From the NCBI GenBank assembly GCA_037443035.1, contig JBBIPC010000002.1, positions 229,620-293,619 on the forward strand: a DNA stretch of 64,000 nt. Direction: 5' to 3'. A program made the translations under genes and the position numbers. The DNA is from Chthonomonadales bacterium (GTDB lineage: Bacteria > Armatimonadota > Chthonomonadetes > Chthonomonadales > CAJBBX01). Position 1 is the stretch's first letter, and each line of letters begins with the position of its first letter. Shown here piece after piece: positions 60,986 to 64,000 of this stretch. Below the pieces are notes generated by a model. It was not told the origin of the DNA, did not search any database, and worked only from the letters and a program-made list of their open reading frames with translations.

Positions 60986-61860
60986 AAGATCCCACGGACT
61001 ACCTCGATGACTGACTCATCGGGCCTGCACCGGAAGACATAGACCGGCACTCGCTGCAGGATCCGCTCCACGGTCTCAGCAGCGGTCGCCATGAGGGAAC
61101 CATCCCAGTATGGCAGAAACGAACGAACCAACAGAAGGGGCATCGCTTGTACCGGTGACAGACGAATGACTTCGTTTACGGGCGATTGCTCCAGCACCAG
61201 GATGGTCCTCAGCGCTACCGATCCATTCCTGGCGATGTCGGCTGTGCCCCCCCATGGTGTACCGTACGCAGCCACGCGGTCTGGCTCCACTCTGACAGCG
61301 ATGCGATCATCGGAGAGCACCGTTGCTCCCGGTACTTGCTGCCAGATAAGGCTTTGGGTACTCTTGCCTGCACCCGAGTGTCCAACCATGAGGATGCCGC
61401 GGCCAGAGTCATCCACGGCAGCCGCGTGGAAGACGAGCCCGCCATCCAGGATCACACGAGTGCGTACGATAAGCTCGCCCACGCCGAGATTCAGCAGGCT
61501 GCTCCATGGCGGCCCGCTGGCGCGTTCGGTGAGCCGCATGCGGCTCCAGCCAGGGTCCGTTTCCAGGACCGATGCCTTCGGCGTGACATGACCATCGTCC
61601 GAGTACGCAACGACGATCACATAGCCAGAGTGGTCGGCTGACCTGTGCATACGCCATATCGCACCTGGGTAGTAGAGTAGCTCGCCGAGGGCGATCTCAG
61701 TTGGATCGCCGTCGCGCCAGACCAGGTGCACATCGGGATCCCGGCGACCGTCCTCTACGACGAAGCTACCCAGACGCTCGCCCACAAGCCCGACGGGGGC
61801 TGGCGAGTCAGGCTCCACTCGCACGAGCACCCCGCCGATGCTGAGGTGGATGGGCGTCAC
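60982..61860 (-). CDS. HPr-kinase-like P-loop protein (ScmC/lasso-kinase-like)
   Basis: 'VFHAAAV', Walker A 'GHSGAGKST', 'LSDDRIAV', 'YGTPWGG'. GTG 61860 overlaps the rSAM TGA. Confidence 0.78.
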   Translation of the reverse strand: MTPIHLSIGGVLVRVEPDSPAPVGLVGERLGSFVVEDGRRDPDVHLVWRDGDPTEIALGELLYYPGAIWRMHRSADHSGYVIVVAYSDDGHVTPKASVLETDPGWSRMRLTERASGPPWSSLLNLGVGELIVRTRVILDGGLVFHAAAVDDSGRGILMVGHSGAGKSTQSLIWQQVPGATVLSDDRIAVRVEPDRVAAYGTPWGGTADIARNGSVALRTILVLEQSPVNEVIRLSPVQAMPLLLVRSFLPYWDGSLMATAAETVERILQRVPVYVFRCRPDESVIEVVRGIL

Positions 61861-62924
61861 TTTCCAACCATGGCTAGTGAACGTTCTTTGCGCTCCTTGG
61901 CGATCTCGCAGAGATAGACGACCGAGCTCGTCAGGGATCCGCTCTCGATATAACCCCACGCTGGGCATCGAGAGCAGTACTTGCTCAGGTCACAGGAGGA
62001 GCAGGTCGGCGACGCGGGAACACTGCCCATGAACTGCTTCACCTGCTCCCAAGCTGCTAGGAAGCCGATCTCGGTAGGACGCGCCCTGGGAAGACACAGG
62101 TCAATGCAGATATTCATGTCCCCCGACGGACCGATGACGAAGGAGTTCTTGCCTGCGTGGCAATAGAACGCCTCGTCGTAGGTATGATCCTCTTCCTTCT
62201 CGGCCAAGCGACGCAGATTCTCGACAGCCGCTTCGTCCCTCAGCTCGAGATCCACTGCCTCGCCCGGAGAGAAACGAATCTCCTCCACGGAGCTGCTGCA
62301 GAAATCGCGACGTTTGGTAAGGAGCCACGCCGCCGAGAAAGAGGATCCCCATTGTTCCGCCATGGCACGCATCTCGTCGAATTCATGCACATTCAGGCGG
62401 GAGAGGGTCGTCTTGATCTTGGGCTGCAGCCCTGCTTCCAGGAGAGCGTCAACGCCTCGAAGGAACCGCCGGAAGCTGCCTGGCTGGCGCGTAACGGCTT
62501 CGTAGGTTGCCTCCGTGGCTCCGTAGATGGTGACCTCCAGCCGATTGGAAGGGCGACGGGCGAGGCGCTCGGCAACGGGTTTCGTGATCAGTGTCGCGTT
62601 CGTGAACAATGTGAGGATGAGCCCCATATCCGTCAGAGGCTCGTAGATATCGAAGAAATCGGGACGCAAGAAGACCTCGCCCCCCGTCAACAGGAGAAAC
62701 AACATACCGGCGTCTACTGCCTGTCTGGCGAGGTCCCGCCATTGTTCTGCAGACAGCTCGCTCGCCTTCATGGCTCGGTCCGCAGCCCTTGTACGAATGT
62801 AGCACATGGCGCAGCCGAGATTGCAGCGGCTGGTCAACTCGAAGGTGCCGCTCATGGGGATGCCCTGTTCGGCGGCATCCGCGAGCAGCTTCCGTGTCAG
62901 CTCCTTGTATTCAGTGGGAAGCAT
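61857..62924 (-). CDS. Radical SAM/SPASM peptide maturase
   Basis: 'ELTSRCNLGCAMC' (CxxxCxxC), 'TGGE', 'TNATL'; SPASM 'CHAG..SF.IGPSG...IC...CSSC..SKYCSRCP...YLC'. Confidence 0.93.
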   Translation of the reverse strand: MLPTEYKELTRKLLADAAEQGIPMSGTFELTSRCNLGCAMCYIRTRAADRAMKASELSAEQWRDLARQAVDAGMLFLLLTGGEVFLRPDFFDIYEPLTDMGLILTLFTNATLITKPVAERLARRPSNRLEVTIYGATEATYEAVTRQPGSFRRFLRGVDALLEAGLQPKIKTTLSRLNVHEFDEMRAMAEQWGSSFSAAWLLTKRRDFCSSSVEEIRFSPGEAVDLELRDEAAVENLRRLAEKEEDHTYDEAFYCHAGKNSFVIGPSGDMNICIDLCLPRARPTEIGFLAAWEQVKQFMGSVPASPTCSSCDLSKYCSRCPAWGYIESGSLTSSVVYLCEIAKERKERSLAMVGK

Positions 62925-63192
62925 GGTGCCGCTCCAGCATCCCCAGGCGATCCAACTCCGCTACGAACGACTCCACGTCTGTGCGAGCTTGCTCCAGACT
63001 CACATCGAACGCTTCCACCATGGCCTGCGCGATCTGCTCGGGAGTTGTCTCTGAAGCAAGGCACTGCCAGATGAACTTGCCAGTGTCGTTCAGCACTACA
63101 AGACCGTTCATATCTACAACGCGTTCGCCGGTAGGAATAAGCACCGACCCTTCACCGACGACGCGCATGACGTAACCGCTTCGAGCTTTCAC
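62911..63192 (-). CDS. PqqD-family RiPP recognition element (RRE)
   Basis: 93 aa; 'LNDTGKFIWQCL', 'IAQAMVEAFDVSLEQARTDVESFVAEL..LGML'; AGGAG RBS with GTG start. Confidence 0.92.
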   Translation of the reverse strand: MKARSGYVMRVVGEGSVLIPTGERVVDMNGLVVLNDTGKFIWQCLASETTPEQIAQAMVEAFDVSLEQARTDVESFVAELDRLGMLERHHASH

Positions 63193-63301
63193 TGTGTGGG
63201 TCTCCTATACTGAACGCGGCCAAGCGAATGCGGCTCGGTCCTACCCAGTGAGGAACACAAGCCGACACACGCTTGGCGCGCGGGGTATTCAACACGACGC
63301 T

Positions 63302-63371
63302 GACGGCCACGATTTCCACTTCGAGGCCGTCTTCTCAGCACTAGTGCCCCCGTCACTGGAGGATAGGGGCA
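63302..63371 (-). promoter_or_regulatory. Two stem-loops between precursor and RRE gene (possible mRNA stabiliser or leaky terminator)
   Basis: GACGGCC 63302-63308 pairs with GGCCGTC 63325-63331; TGCCCC 63345-63350 pairs with GGGGCA 63366-63371. Confidence 0.45.
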
Positions 63372-63394
63372 AACGAATGAACGGGTGCTGGTAC

Positions 63395-63574
63395 CTAGCT
63401 CGACTGGAATGACCCACCCATGGGATCATCGCACTAGTCATCGCTCGGCGTCTTGCCGCAGAGCATGAGTCTCTCTTCTGGTTCCAGCTCCACGAACGCC
63501 AACGAGGGCTTGTCGTATCTGCGCTTGCCCCCGGAGACGTCGGCATCATGGCGTACTCGATTAGCACTACTCAT
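63395..63574 (-). CDS. Putative RiPP precursor: 46 aa to the first TAG (63434-63436), 59 aa if that TAG is read through to the TAG at 63395-63397
   Basis: MSSANRVRHDADVSGGKRRYDKPSLAFVELEPEERLMLCGKTPSDD*CDDPMGGSFQSS*; GAGGAAGG RBS; YxxPxL leader motif; first gene upstream of RRE and rSAM. Confidence 0.72.
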
Positions 63575-63831
63575 GGGATACTCGTTCCTTCCTCTCGATA
63601 AAGCTCGTACGAATGCGCTTCCGTGCGCCGAACCTCTGTGGCATACTCCCTCTGGGCGCACGGTGCAACGTGCCTACGTCACGCTGTTCTTACTGACGAG
63701 GTACGCCCTCGGAAAGTTCCGCCCCGTCCTCCTTATGGCACCCTCTAACGCTGGTACCCTCGACGGCGTCCGACGGGTCCGACAACACCTTCTGCGCACA
63801 CCAACCTTACCTTTGCACGCCCAACTACCGT

Positions 63832-63861
63832 ATTGTAACACGCGGCTAGCTGATTCGTCAA
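63832..63861 (-). promoter_or_regulatory. Sigma70-like promoter for the RiPP operon (TTGACG-N18-TACAAT with extended TG)
   Basis: Minus-strand TTGACG at 63856-63861, TACAAT at 63832-63837 preceded by TGT. Confidence 0.65.
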
Positions 63862-63893
63862 GGCGCGTTCGTTCGATTGTCGCTTCTACGTCA

Positions 63894-63976
63894 CCCTCAC
63901 CGCTTACGGGGAGGGTTGGCCTGGGAATCTCCACTCCTACTGCGGCAGCTCCCTCCCTCCCCGCCTGCGGGGAGGG
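63894..63976. repeat. REP-like palindromes (CCCTCCCCGC-CT-GCGGGGAGGG plus a degenerate copy)
   Basis: Perfect 10-bp inverted repeat at 63955-63976; degenerate copy CCCTCACCGCTTACGGGAGGG at 63894-63914. Confidence 0.6.
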
Positions 63977-64000
63977 TGATGCAGCAGATGTTGCCTGCCC

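Noticed and set aside
63289..63567. 92-aa ORF (MLIEYAMMPTSPG...) as the precursor
   Set aside because: Overlaps the better candidate in another frame, lacks the YxxPxL leader and a well-placed RBS, and runs through the hairpin spacer.
59197..63574. PQQ biosynthesis or a classical lasso peptide cluster
   Set aside because: No pqqB/pqqC and no ExxxY PqqA core. No asparagine-synthetase-like cyclase or transglutaminase-like B2 protease within the operon.
63575..63661. Upstream GTG extension of the precursor given in the ORF track (75 aa)
   Set aside because: ATG 63574 has a clear purine-rich RBS, and the GTG lies inside a stable stem.
1..64000. rRNA, tRNA (including pylT), integrase, transposase or prophage genes
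   Set aside because: None recognised by eye. A tRNAscan/Infernal run would be needed to exclude small RNAs formally.
1..64000. Genome-wide reassignment of TAG
   Set aside because: Many complete genes end at TAG at the expected family C-terminus (e.g. 3263, 5697, 24026, 39193).

Overview
GC-rich bacterial chromosomal segment, probably Armatimonadota. That is an inference from the '[29 protein letters not shown]' prepilin/DUF1559 signature, a DUF6785-like membrane protein and the large carbohydrate-active gene load. It holds about 43 densely packed CDS. Transport and regulation: an ABC-2 exporter, a sugar ABC importer, a LacI-controlled cassette (small membrane protein, pilin-like protein, GH144-like glucanase) and a GAF histidine kinase. 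Glycan-related enzymes: two pectate-lyase-fold proteins, GH127, GH2, GH38, a GH39-like protein and an HpnI-like glycosyltransferase. Others: gltBD, a secreted FG-GAP metzincin-like protease paired with an Asp/Gly-repeat protein, proline dehydrogenase, a fused mannose-1-P guanylyltransferase/PMM-like protein, a split comEC, an S9 peptidase and D-amino-acid transaminase. The most interesting part is the right end (59197-63861, minus strand): an apparently uncharacterised RiPP-like operon with a near-consensus promoter, a precursor with a YxxPxL leader, a PqqD/RRE, a radical SAM-SPASM, an HPr-kinase-like P-loop protein, an S24/S26 peptidase and a nucleotidyltransferase. The precursor has an in-frame UAG in the middle of its Cys/Asp core, followed by a stem-loop and a 12-codon extension ending in Ser-Ser. 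I recognised no rRNA, tRNA, CRISPR array or transposase. All product calls come from motif recognition by eye, not database searches.
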